Shown here in pieces: positions 8,337-16,829 of a DNA stretch of 45,911 nucleotides (the first letter of the stretch is position 1; each line of letters opens with the position of its first letter). The notes under the pieces are model-generated. The model had not been told where the DNA came from and searched no databases. It worked only from the letters and a program-made list of their open reading frames with translations. A program made the position numbers and the translations under genes. The stretch spans positions 11,650 through 57,560 of the forward strand of contig CAZMJM010000001.1 of the NCBI GenBank assembly GCA_964566875.1, in the 5' to 3' direction. The stretch comes from an uncultured Candidatus Saccharibacteria bacterium (GTDB taxonomy: Bacteria > Patescibacteriota > Minisyncoccia > Minisyncoccales > JANBVM01).

Positions 8337-9563
8337 TTAAAAATCAAACTTTCTATCGGCTGCCTCGCTACCCCTTCTCAGGAAGTTTTTCCAAATCAGA
8401 ACCGCGGCGGCAGAGACACAGGATGTCAAAAAGGCGGTTAGGAAAACATTAACAAAACCGGCATTAAAGGTCTTAAAGGCCAGGGCCTGCTTCGTTCCGG
8501 ATGCTTTTTCCGGGACGGAAGACGGCAGCGCCTGTTCTTTGGAAGAAAGGTCAGCCATCTCTTGTTCCCTGCTGTCTGGGTTCGGAAGTATATTTTCTTC
8601 TCCCGGGGTCGGGGCGCCAGTCCACCCCCACTCGCCATTAATCAGGCTGTAAGATTCACCGGTGGGCGCTTTTCCGTAGCTGACCTGGTCAATCTTTTTT
8701 CCGTCGGGCCCTATAAGATAAAGACCGTCTCCTTCGTTGTTCAGGGTGATGCCTGTTTCCCGGCGGCTCAAAACAATAAATTCGCCTGGTTCCACCGCGG
8801 CTTCCGGTCCGAAGGCGTATGTTTTTGTCCGGCCCGCCTGGTCGATGAGCTTCCAGTCGGCTAGGCTGACCCGATAGGAATCTTGGTTTAAAAGTTCAAT
8901 CCATTCTTCGTCTTCATCCCGGCCCGAAGGTGAGGGCAACAGCTCCGTCAAGACGATGTCTCCCGGGGAAGAGCCAGAATCCGGTACCTGAATGATTTCC
9001 CGCGCCAAGCCCTGGCTGTTTTCCCTGCCCGGAGTCCCTCCCTCAAGGAAAGAACTCTGCCAGTTTTTACTGTCCCCGCTTCCTTCGGGCACCTTCCTTT
9101 CCATGGTTCTCTTGGTGGCGTTGTCCCCATAAAACCAGCCGCCGGTGCAGTCAAGCTTATCTATAAGACGGCCGTCAGGCATCAAGAGCCTTATCTGTTC
9201 TCCGCCGTTGTTTAAGGCGCCGGTATATATCTGGTCGGCGGGTATTTTGGGGAGGGTGTTGTCGTCTGTCCGTTCCAAGATGAAAAACCCGGAAGGGGAA
9301 ATTTCCCCGGACAATTCTACGGCGGGGCTGCCGTCGCCAGCCTCCACCTTCCAGTCGGTGAGGTCGATTGTTGCTGCCGTGTTATTGTACAATTCCATCC
9401 ATTCGTCGGCGGCCGATCCAACCGTTCCCATCCAGGCGATTTCATTGATGACGACGTCCAGAGGAGAGGCCGCTCCCAGCGGGAAAGGAGAAAAAATAAA
9501 AAGCAGGACTAGGCCTGCCGTAACGACGAAAACTGGAAACTTCCCTCTTGACAAATTTTTCAT
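8337..9563 (-). CDS. Secreted/anchored protein with two lamin-tail (LTD) domains
   Basis: N-terminal signal/TM segment. Two copies of the LTD signature (VVINEIAWMGT...ADEWMELYN and IVLTELLPSP...DEEWIELLN). C-terminal hydrophobic anchor followed by basic residues. Confidence 0.7.
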   Translation of the reverse strand: MKNLSRGKFPVFVVTAGLVLLFIFSPFPLGAASPLDVVINEIAWMGTVGSAADEWMELYNNTAATIDLTDWKVEAGDGSPAVELSGEISPSGFFILERTDDNTLPKIPADQIYTGALNNGGEQIRLLMPDGRLIDKLDCTGGWFYGDNATKRTMERKVPEGSGDSKNWQSSFLEGGTPGRENSQGLAREIIQVPDSGSSPGDIVLTELLPSPSGRDEDEEWIELLNQDSYRVSLADWKLIDQAGRTKTYAFGPEAAVEPGEFIVLSRRETGITLNNEGDGLYLIGPDGKKIDQVSYGKAPTGESYSLINGEWGWTGAPTPGEENILPNPDSREQEMADLSSKEQALPSSVPEKASGTKQALAFKTFNAGFVNVFLTAFLTSCVSAAAVLIWKNFLRRGSEAADRKFDF

Positions 9564-9576
9564 AATATATTAAAAT
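9548..9576 (+). promoter_or_regulatory. Possible plus-strand promoter reading into the structured intergenic element
   Basis: TTGACA (9548-9553), 17-nt spacer, TAAAAT (9571-9576). The -35 overlaps the first codons of the minus-strand LTD gene and the -10 lies in AT-rich DNA, so a chance match is possible. Confidence 0.3.
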
Positions 9577-9583
9577 AAAGATA

Positions 9584-9714
9584 CATAAAGCCCCAAGGCT
9601 GGGGGTTAGGAGTTTTTCTTAGTTGGACAGCTTGGCTTCGGCGAAGCTGTTCCTCGGAAAAGTTCTAAACTTTGCGTTCCCAATACCTAAGTCGACCCCC
9701 AGCCCTGGGGTTTT
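9584..9714 (+). ncRNA. Candidate ~125-nt structured RNA, or an elaborate terminator of pilB; strand uncertain
   Basis: 15-bp GC-rich closing stem CCCCAAGGCTGGGGG (9591-9605) / CCCCCAGCCCTGGGG (9696-9710). It encloses helix CTTAG+TTGG/CCAA+CTAAG, a 10-bp hairpin 9627-9650 capped by C(TTCG)G, and a hairpin around 9665-9680. TTTTATTGTT follows on the plus strand. The closing stem has one A.C mismatch on plus, which is G.U on minus. Confidence 0.35.
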
Positions 9715-11050
9715 ATTGTTCTCCCGCCACCCTCTCTACTTCTTCGAGGGTGGTAACTCCCTGTAAAACCTTAACGATCCCGTCCTGATACATAGTAGTC
9801 ATACCCGTTTTTTCGGCCTTCTCCCTGAGGCCGGCGATTGAAGGTGAAGTCAGAATAAATTTCTCCATTGCATCGTCTATAATAAGGGCCTCATAAATGC
9901 CCGTTCGCCCCCGGTAACCCGTAAAATTGCAGTCCTTGCAGCCTACCGCCCTGGGAATAACCAGGGAGGCGCTTGCCCTGGGAATCTTTAATCTGCCCGA
10001 TAGGCCAATGAGGGCCTTTTTTATTTTTTCCAACTGCGAAGAGGAGACTTTTTCCTTTTCCGAACAGTCTTGGCAGACTTTTCTCACCAGTCTTTGAGCT
10101 ATGACCAAATTTATGGCAGGCGCTATATTAACCGGTTTTTCTCCCAGGGACTGCAGTCGGGCGATGGTACCGGCCGCGTCATTGGTATGCAGGGTGGAAA
10201 AGACCAGGTGGCCGGTAAGGGCGGCCTGGAGGGCGATATTGGCGGTTTCCAGGTCCCTTATTTCTCCCACCAGCACCACGTCCGGGTCCTGTCTCATGAT
10301 GGATCTCAGGCCGTTGGCAAAATCATATCCTTTTTCCGGACTGACCTGGGTCTGGGATATTCCCTTAAGATGATATTCTATCGGGTCTTCAATGGTTATA
10401 ACCTTGTTCTCCGGGTTCTGTACCTTCTTTAAAAATGCATAAAGGGTCGTGGTCTTTCCAGAACCGGTGGGGCCCGTTACAATAACCATTCCGTTGGGCC
10501 TGTTGATTTCCTTATTGAATAAGGCAAACAGGTCTTCTCTCAGCCCCAGAGCTTCCAGGTCAATCAGGCTCTTGGGGTTTAAGATTCTGAGAACAATGGT
10601 TTCCCCGTATTCCGTGGGAAGGGTGGAGGTTCTTATCTCCACCTCATAGAATTTAACTATGGCCTGCTCTGTATTTTCAGGGACGGCAATAGAAAATCGG
10701 CCGTCTTGAGGCCGATCAGTGATATTCAATTTGAGTCCGGAAAGAAGTTTTATCCTTGAAACAAGTTTTTCATAGAGCTCCCGTTCAAGCGAGGTGACCT
10801 CCTGTAAAAGTCCGTCAACCCTCACCCGGATTTTCGCTTTCTCTTCTTTAGGTTCCAGGTGAACATCAGAGACGTTCAGGTTGATGGCGCCCGCCAGGGT
10901 TATCTCTACTATCTCCGTCAGCCTCTGCTGCAGAGACTTTTCCAAATAATCCTTGAGCGCGGGCACGTTCTTTACTTTTTCCTGCAGCTCCTTGAGAATT
11001 TCAACGGGAATCTTGACCTCACCCGTTATTTTTTTTGAAATTCCAGCCAT
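9713..11050 (-). CDS. GspE/PilB-family type II/IV secretion (type IV pilus assembly) ATPase
   Basis: Walker A GPTGSGKTTTLYA. Asp box and Walker B (DPDVVLVGEIRD), His box (TGHLVFSTLHTNDA). C-terminal tetracysteine motif CQDC...CKDC. Confidence 0.85.
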   Translation of the reverse strand: MAGISKKITGEVKIPVEILKELQEKVKNVPALKDYLEKSLQQRLTEIVEITLAGAINLNVSDVHLEPKEEKAKIRVRVDGLLQEVTSLERELYEKLVSRIKLLSGLKLNITDRPQDGRFSIAVPENTEQAIVKFYEVEIRTSTLPTEYGETIVLRILNPKSLIDLEALGLREDLFALFNKEINRPNGMVIVTGPTGSGKTTTLYAFLKKVQNPENKVITIEDPIEYHLKGISQTQVSPEKGYDFANGLRSIMRQDPDVVLVGEIRDLETANIALQAALTGHLVFSTLHTNDAAGTIARLQSLGEKPVNIAPAINLVIAQRLVRKVCQDCSEKEKVSSSQLEKIKKALIGLSGRLKIPRASASLVIPRAVGCKDCNFTGYRGRTGIYEALIIDDAMEKFILTSPSIAGLREKAEKTGMTTMYQDGIVKVLQGVTTLEEVERVAGEQ

Positions 11051-11158
11051 AAAGATTTAAAATGAAAAACAGTAAAAACTTGATTAGTTGAATTTATCTT
11101 ATTCTATTTTAAAAGTCAATCTTAATAAAATACCGTATGGTAATAAACTCCAGGAACC

Positions 11159-11614
11159 ATGGAAACAAAAGAAGAATACAGGTCGCATAGCGCCTCTCAA
11201 ACCAGGCAGCTTGGCGAAAAGGCCGCGCGTCGGATATTGGCGGAAGGAAGGGGCGGGGCAGCCAGGGTAATAGCACTGACGGGAGAACTGGGGGGAGGAA
11301 AAACAACCTTTGTCCAGGGTTTCGCCCGTGGGCTGAGGATAACAGAAAGGGTCCTTAGCCCGACCTTCGTCATCCTCAAAAAGTTTGAAGTTGCCGCCTC
11401 AGAATTTTCTTTTTTTTATCACCTGGACTGTTACCGCATCCAGGGCAAAAAAGACATCCTGGCATTGGGTTTCCAGGAAATAATTTCAGAACCAGGCAAT
11501 ATTGTGGTTGTAGAATGGGCGGAAAAACTGGAGGATATTCTCCCGGCCGACGCCGTTAACGTTTTCTTCGGGATGGGCGAAGAAAACGAGAGAGTGATTA
11601 AAATAAAATGGTAG
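11159..11614 (+). CDS. tsaE: tRNA t6A37 biosynthesis ATPase TsaE
   Basis: LTGELGGGKTTFVQGFARGL P-loop, SPTF, and HLDCYR motifs typical of YjeE/TsaE. Confidence 0.85.
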   Translation: METKEEYRSHSASQTRQLGEKAARRILAEGRGGAARVIALTGELGGGKTTFVQGFARGLRITERVLSPTFVILKKFEVAASEFSFFYHLDCYRIQGKKDILALGFQEIISEPGNIVVVEWAEKLEDILPADAVNVFFGMGEENERVIKIKW

Positions 11615-12558
11615 AAGAGAACACAAAACTAGTTATCATTGATGCCAATTCTGTTCTTCACAGGGCTTTTCATGCCCTGCCCCCGTTAACCGGCAAGGAC
11701 GGCCAGCCCGTCGGTGCCGTCTACGGATTCTTATTGGTATTTTTAAAGGTAATCGGCGAATTCCAGCCTGGATTTTTGGTGACCTGTTTTGATTATCCGG
11801 CCCCCACCTTTCGTCATGAAAAGTTTGAGGATTATAAGGCCCAGAGACCTCCTACTCCGCGAGATCTGGCTGCCCAGATACCCCAAATCAAGGAAATCTT
11901 AACTCTTTTTTCCGTCCCGGTTTTAGAGAAAAAAGGCTTTGAGGCAGACGACCTGATAGGAACGGTCAGTGGCCTGTTTCCCGGCAGAGAAAAATTTTCA
12001 GCCGCGGAGACGGTCATCGTCAGCGGAGATAAAGACTTACTCCAGCTTGTTGATAAAAAGACTAAGGTTTATCTCTTGACCAGGGGGGTGAAAAACGCCG
12101 ACCTCTACGGCGAGGAGCTGGTGAGAGAAAAGTACTCTGGCCTGAATCCCGGGCAGCTGGTTGGCTTAAGGGCCTTGGCGGGAGATGCTTCCGATAACAT
12201 TCCCGGTGTGACAGGGATAGGGAAAAAGACCGCCTTGAGACTCCTGACGGAGTTCGGCTCTATTGAAAATCTTTATAATAGTCTGGGAGGGAGGGCAGAA
12301 GAGCCGCCTATAACTCCCAGGATTAAAAAGCTATTGCTGGCAGAAAAAGAAAAAGCATTCTTGAGCCGGGAATTAGCGCAGATTAAAAGGGATGTGCCAA
12401 TAGACCTTTCCGCCAAAGAAAGCCGGTGGGGGAACTATGACCGCCAGGGGGTGGTAGAAGCTTTTCAAAAGTTGGGATTTAAGACCTTGATAAAAAGGAT
12501 TGTCCCGGGACAGAGAAGTCCCGAAACCTCCCGCGAAAAAACGATGAAACTGCTGTAA
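11608..12558 (+). CDS. Stand-alone 5'-3' exonuclease / flap endonuclease (Pol I N-terminal-domain homologue)
   Basis: IIDANSVLHRAFHALP, EADDLIGT, SGDKDLLQLV and GDASDNIPGVTGIGKKTA (H3TH) motifs. No polymerase domain. Confidence 0.85.
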   Translation: MVEENTKLVIIDANSVLHRAFHALPPLTGKDGQPVGAVYGFLLVFLKVIGEFQPGFLVTCFDYPAPTFRHEKFEDYKAQRPPTPRDLAAQIPQIKEILTLFSVPVLEKKGFEADDLIGTVSGLFPGREKFSAAETVIVSGDKDLLQLVDKKTKVYLLTRGVKNADLYGEELVREKYSGLNPGQLVGLRALAGDASDNIPGVTGIGKKTALRLLTEFGSIENLYNSLGGRAEEPPITPRIKKLLLAEKEKAFLSRELAQIKRDVPIDLSAKESRWGNYDRQGVVEAFQKLGFKTLIKRIVPGQRSPETSREKTMKLL

Positions 12559-12671
12559 ACTCATGGGCATTTCTTTCCCTGATGGGCGGCCGGGATTTCC
12601 CGTACTAAAACAGGGATACTAAAAATGTTATATTGTATTAAGATACATATTAAATTGGTTTTTCAACAATA

Positions 12672-13403
12672 ATGGCTCCCAGGCCTAAGGCAAAAGTCAG
12701 CATAAGCACCAAACTCCTTTTATTCACCCTGTTTTTTACCATTATTCCGCTCCTTATTACGGCCGCCCTTATCATCTACACCTATCAGGATCTAATCAAG
12801 GTTCTTCTGACCGGAGGAGGCGTTCAGGTCAGTGAGGAGGTAATGGTTGGACTTTCAACCGCCCTGGATAACGCCCGCATCCAGGCTACCCTGACGGTTT
12901 TCATAGTCATCATTCTCACCCTGTTTGGAAACATCTTAACGTCCAGGGGATTTAGCCGGCCCCTTCAAAAGCTTATCAAGGGTATCCAGGAGATTTCCAA
13001 GGGCAACCTTGATTTTAAGATACAGACCGGTTCTCAAGACGAATGGGGCGACCTGGCGTCTCATTTCAACAATATGACCCATGAATTAAAGTCAGCCCAG
13101 AAAGCCCTGGAGGTGGCCAAAAAAGATTTGGAGCGCAAGGTTAAGGAGCGGACGCTCGAATTAGAGAAAACAATGACGGCTTTAGAGGAAGCTAAGACGA
13201 CGTTAGAGATTAAGGTGCAGGCCAGAACCAGGGAGTTAGCAGAGCTCAATAAAAATCTGGACGGGCAAATCAAGCAGAGAACCAAAGAACTGGAGGATAA
13301 GGTAACGGAATTAGAGAGGTTCAGGGAGATAGCGGTCGGAAGGGAAATGAAGATGGTGGAGCTCAAGAAGGAGCTGGACCAGCTTAAGAAAAAAAAGGAT
13401 TAG
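12672..13403 (+). CDS. Membrane HAMP-domain protein with a long coiled coil and no output domain
   Basis: Two TM segments. HAMP domain (SRPLQKLIKGIQEISKGNLDFKI...WGDLASHFNNMTHELK). Three RTxEL-type coiled-coil repeats (KERTLELEK, QARTRELAEL, KQRTKELEDK). The protein then ends. Confidence 0.7.
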   Translation: MAPRPKAKVSISTKLLLFTLFFTIIPLLITAALIIYTYQDLIKVLLTGGGVQVSEEVMVGLSTALDNARIQATLTVFIVIILTLFGNILTSRGFSRPLQKLIKGIQEISKGNLDFKIQTGSQDEWGDLASHFNNMTHELKSAQKALEVAKKDLERKVKERTLELEKTMTALEEAKTTLEIKVQARTRELAELNKNLDGQIKQRTKELEDKVTELERFREIAVGREMKMVELKKELDQLKKKKD

Positions 13404-13481
13404 GCCTGCCCCCAAGTTGTTAAAAGTGATTAATTTGATAGAATAAGGTATTACCCGTTAATAACAACAACCATTCCTAAA

Positions 13482-15005
13482 ATGCCGGACGAAAACGAAG
13501 AAGACCGCGTTAAGAGTTCCCTTCTGGCGGACGACTTGGCTTCTCTGGAGAATTACATCCACGACCTTTTTAATTTTTCTCCGCTTCCCATTTGTTTCGT
13601 AAGCCCCATAGGGGTTCTGCTTGAAGTCAACCCTGCCTTTGAATCCATCTCCAGGATGAAGTCTTACGAGCTTATCGGGGAGCCCATTGAGAAGCTGTTT
13701 AACAAAGAAAAGATAGAGGACTTAGCCAAAGAAACGTTGGAGAAGGGATCCGTCCGGGGAAAGGAGATGGAATTTTTTACTCAGAAAGAGGGTAATATCA
13801 TTACCCAGGTCTTTACCCGGGTGCGAAAGGACGAAAAAGGAGACGTGGTAGGCTATTTTTTGGGTCTGTTCGACCTGACCAAGATTAAGGAAGTCGAAAA
13901 AGAGCTCAAGAAAAGCCAGGTCGCCCTTATGAACATTCTGGAGGATACGGAGGAGGCGAGGAAGAAGGCTGAAGAGGAAAGAAAAAGGACGGAAGAGATT
14001 ATTGCCAGTCTTAACGACGGCCTCATGGTCTTTGATAAAGACAATAAGCTTTCTCTGATGAATCTCCAGGCCGAAAAACTTTTCGGCGTGGAAAAGGAAA
14101 AGGTAATCGGCCAGGCGGTTTCCGCTTTTTTCCATACCTCGGAATTGAGGCCGCTGGCCTATCTTCTGGGTCGGGACATTAAGAGGCTTTTCCGCGAGGA
14201 ACTGAAGGTGGGAGACAGTTTTATCCTGGAGATTTCCACCATACCTTTAATCGCCCGCGGCCGAAGTATGGGAAATGTGGTGGTAATGCACGACGTCAGC
14301 CGGGAAAAGACCGTGGAAAGGATGAAGACGGAATTCGTTTCCGTGGCGGCCCATCAGCTGCGGACTCCTCTTTCAGCCATAAAATGGACACTGAAGATGC
14401 TGTTGGACGGCGACCTTGGTAAGATATCCTCTGAGCAACGGGAGTTTATCGAGAAGACCTACGAGTCTAATGAGAGAATGATAAGGCTGATTAACGACCT
14501 CCTGAACGTCAGTCGTATTGAAGAAGGAAGATACCTCTACAAGAAGGTTCCCTACGACATGATACAGCTGACCCAATCCCTGATAGACTCCTATGAAGAC
14601 GAAGCAAAAAAGAGGAATATCATCCTCGAGTTTGTTAAACCGAAGGAGGTCATCCCCCAGGTGATGATAGATGTGGAAAAAATGGGCCTGGCTCTGCAGA
14701 ACTTAATAGATAACGCTATCAAATACACCCCCGAAAAGGGCAAAGTGACAGTCGGCATAGATTATGATAAAAAAGAAGTAGTGGTTTCCGTTAAAGATAC
14801 CGGCATCGGCATTCCGGAATCCCAGCAGGAAAGAGTATTTTCCAAATTCTACCGCGGTTCCAACGTCTTGAAGAGAGAAACCGAAGGGTCGGGTTTGGGG
14901 TTATTCATTACCAGGAACGTAGTTGAAGCCCACGAAGGAAAGGTTTGGTTCGAATCAGAACCCAATAAGGGGACTACGTTCTTCTTTTCCATACCGGCAA
15001 AGTAA
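13482..15005 (+). CDS. Soluble PAS-PAS sensor histidine kinase
   Basis: No TM segment. Two PAS-like regions. HisKA H-box FVSVAAHQLRTPLSAI. HATPase N, G1 and G2 boxes (NLIDNAIKYT, DTGIGI, GSGLGL). Confidence 0.85.
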   Translation: MPDENEEDRVKSSLLADDLASLENYIHDLFNFSPLPICFVSPIGVLLEVNPAFESISRMKSYELIGEPIEKLFNKEKIEDLAKETLEKGSVRGKEMEFFTQKEGNIITQVFTRVRKDEKGDVVGYFLGLFDLTKIKEVEKELKKSQVALMNILEDTEEARKKAEEERKRTEEIIASLNDGLMVFDKDNKLSLMNLQAEKLFGVEKEKVIGQAVSAFFHTSELRPLAYLLGRDIKRLFREELKVGDSFILEISTIPLIARGRSMGNVVVMHDVSREKTVERMKTEFVSVAAHQLRTPLSAIKWTLKMLLDGDLGKISSEQREFIEKTYESNERMIRLINDLLNVSRIEEGRYLYKKVPYDMIQLTQSLIDSYEDEAKKRNIILEFVKPKEVIPQVMIDVEKMGLALQNLIDNAIKYTPEKGKVTVGIDYDKKEVVVSVKDTGIGIPESQQERVFSKFYRGSNVLKRETEGSGLGLFITRNVVEAHEGKVWFESEPNKGTTFFFSIPAK

Positions 15006-15055
15006 TTTTCAGTTGAAAAGATTTTTTAATAATATAAAATAATAAAAGGAACATT

Positions 15056-15427
15056 ATGGCTAAAAAAATTCTGTTAATTGAAGACGAGAAGATAATGATA
15101 AATCTGCTGGAGAAAAAGTTGAGCCAGGAGGGCTACGAGGTGACAGTTTCCGTCAACGGGGAAGAGGGGTTGAAAAAAATGAAGGAGGATAAGCCCGACA
15201 TTATCTTGTTGGATATCATTATGCCCAAGATGGGAGGGTTTGAGGTGATGGAAGAGATGAACAAAGACGAGCAGCTCAAAAAGATACCGGTGATTATTAT
15301 TTCCAATTCCGGCCAGCCCGTGGAGCTTGGGAAGGCCAAAGAACTTGGCGCCAGCGACTGGCTTATCAAGACCGAATTCGACCCCCAGGAGGTGATAGAA
15401 AAAGTAGTTAAACAAATCGGCAAATAA
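15056..15427 (+). CDS. Single-domain response regulator (receiver only)
   Basis: CheY-like pattern: ILLIEDE, DIILLDIIMPKMGG, IIISN, and a conserved K (WLIKT). Confidence 0.85.
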   Translation: MAKKILLIEDEKIMINLLEKKLSQEGYEVTVSVNGEEGLKKMKEDKPDIILLDIIMPKMGGFEVMEEMNKDEQLKKIPVIIISNSGQPVELGKAKELGASDWLIKTEFDPQEVIEKVVKQIGK

Positions 15428-15441
15428 TTTCACAAAGGTAT

Positions 15442-15810
15442 ATGGCAAAAAAAATATTAATAATAGAGGACGATAAATTCCTTAGGGAGCTTATTTCCCG
15501 TAAGTTGACGGACGAGGAGTACGACATCACCCAAGCCGTTGACGGGGAAGATGGCATCAAGAAGGTTAAGGAGGCCATGCCCGATCTCATCCTGCTCGAC
15601 CTCATACTTCCCAGTATGGACGGTTTTGAGGTTTTATCCACCATCAAGGGGGATGAAAGCGTTTCTGCCATTCCAGTCATTATTCTTTCAAACCTTGGAC
15701 AGAAAGAAGAGGTTGAGAAAGGTATGAACCTGGGAGCAGCAGACTACCTTATCAAGGCCCACTTTACCCCTGGGGAAATCATCGAGAAGATAAAGAACAT
15801 CTTAGGATAA
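15442..15810 (+). CDS. Single-domain response regulator (receiver only), paralogue of the preceding gene
   Basis: ILIIEDD, DLILLDLILPSMDG, VIILSN and YLIKA. No output domain. Confidence 0.85.
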   Translation: MAKKILIIEDDKFLRELISRKLTDEEYDITQAVDGEDGIKKVKEAMPDLILLDLILPSMDGFEVLSTIKGDESVSAIPVIILSNLGQKEEVEKGMNLGAADYLIKAHFTPGEIIEKIKNILG

Positions 15811-15843
15811 AGAGAGGTTAAGGCTCGCGATTATTGGCAGAAT

Positions 15844-15903
15844 AAAGCCCCGCCCCTTGTGCTTTGTTGGCGGAAAATAAGCTTAAGGGGTGGGGTTTAT
15901 TTG
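15844..15903 (+). terminator. GC-rich long-loop hairpin terminator after the two-component operon
   Basis: GCCCCGCCCCTT (15847-15858) pairs with AAGGGGTGGGGT (15885-15896) using G.U pairs on the plus strand. A T-rich tail follows. Confidence 0.5.
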
Positions 15904-15935
15904 TTATATGAACCATAAAAATATTTTAATTTACC

Positions 15936-16829
15936 ATGCCTGAGTTGCCAGAAGTGGAGACAGCGGTCAGAGAGCTGAGAAAAAAACTGATTGGAAAAAA
16001 GATAAGCAGAGCATGGACAGATTTTACCAGACCGCCCAAACATCCGACAAGTTGGGACGGCTTCAAAAAAAAGATTAAAGGCAGAGAGATCAAGGATGTC
16101 AGGAGAAGGGCGAAAAACATACTTATTGATTTGTCCGGCGGAAAGGTTCTTTTGATACACCAAAAGATGACTGGGCACCTTCTGACGGGGAAATGGAGTC
16201 TTAGAGACGGAGAGTGGGTTGCTGAAAAACCCGGTCCTCTCAGGGAAGACCCCAGGAATCAATTCTTGCACCTGATTTTTTTCTTCAACGACGGTTCCCA
16301 AGCGGCCCTTTCCGACCTGCGCAAGTTTTCCAAGGTTGAGCTGTGGGACAGAGGAACCCTGGAGAATTCACAAGGCTTCAAAGAATTGGGCCCCGAGCCA
16401 TTGGATAAGGGATTCACCTTTAAAAAGTTCAATGAGGCCCTTGATAAAAAAAAGAATTTGGAGATAAAAAAGGTCCTGATGGACCAGGGGGTTATCGCTG
16501 GTATAGGAAACATTTATGCCAGCGAAATACTCTGGAAGGCCAGGGTATATCCGTTTGAAAAAGTGGGGAATCTCAAGAAAAAAGAACTGAAAGCCGTTTT
16601 TTCGGCCGTCAAGGAGATTTTAAAAAAGGGTATTGATTTAAAGGGAGCCAGCTATTCCGAGTTCAGAAGAACGGGCGGGACCAAGGGTCAATTTCAAGAA
16701 CAGGGCAGGGTATACGACAGGGAGGGTGAGCCGTGCCCTCAGTGCGGTGGAATTGTGGTGAGAAAAAAACAGGGAGGCCGGTCAACCTATTTCTGTCCCC
16801 GCTGCCAGAAACCCAAAAATAAAAAATGA
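15936..16829 (+). CDS. mutM: Formamidopyrimidine-DNA glycosylase
   Basis: MPELPEVET N-terminus (catalytic Pro2/Glu3). H2TH region. C-terminal zinc finger CPQCGG...CPRCQ. Confidence 0.9.
   Translation: MPELPEVETAVRELRKKLIGKKISRAWTDFTRPPKHPTSWDGFKKKIKGREIKDVRRRAKNILIDLSGGKVLLIHQKMTGHLLTGKWSLRDGEWVAEKPGPLREDPRNQFLHLIFFFNDGSQAALSDLRKFSKVELWDRGTLENSQGFKELGPEPLDKGFTFKKFNEALDKKKNLEIKKVLMDQGVIAGIGNIYASEILWKARVYPFEKVGNLKKKELKAVFSAVKEILKKGIDLKGASYSEFRRTGGTKGQFQEQGRVYDREGEPCPQCGGIVVRKKQGGRSTYFCPRCQKPKNKK

Noticed and set aside
13120-13330. Three RTxEL-containing repeats in the HAMP protein as a nucleotide-level tandem repeat or slippage-prone region
   Set aside because: The repeats are similar only at the heptad or protein level, and the DNA is not repetitive. 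This is an ordinary coiled-coil signature.
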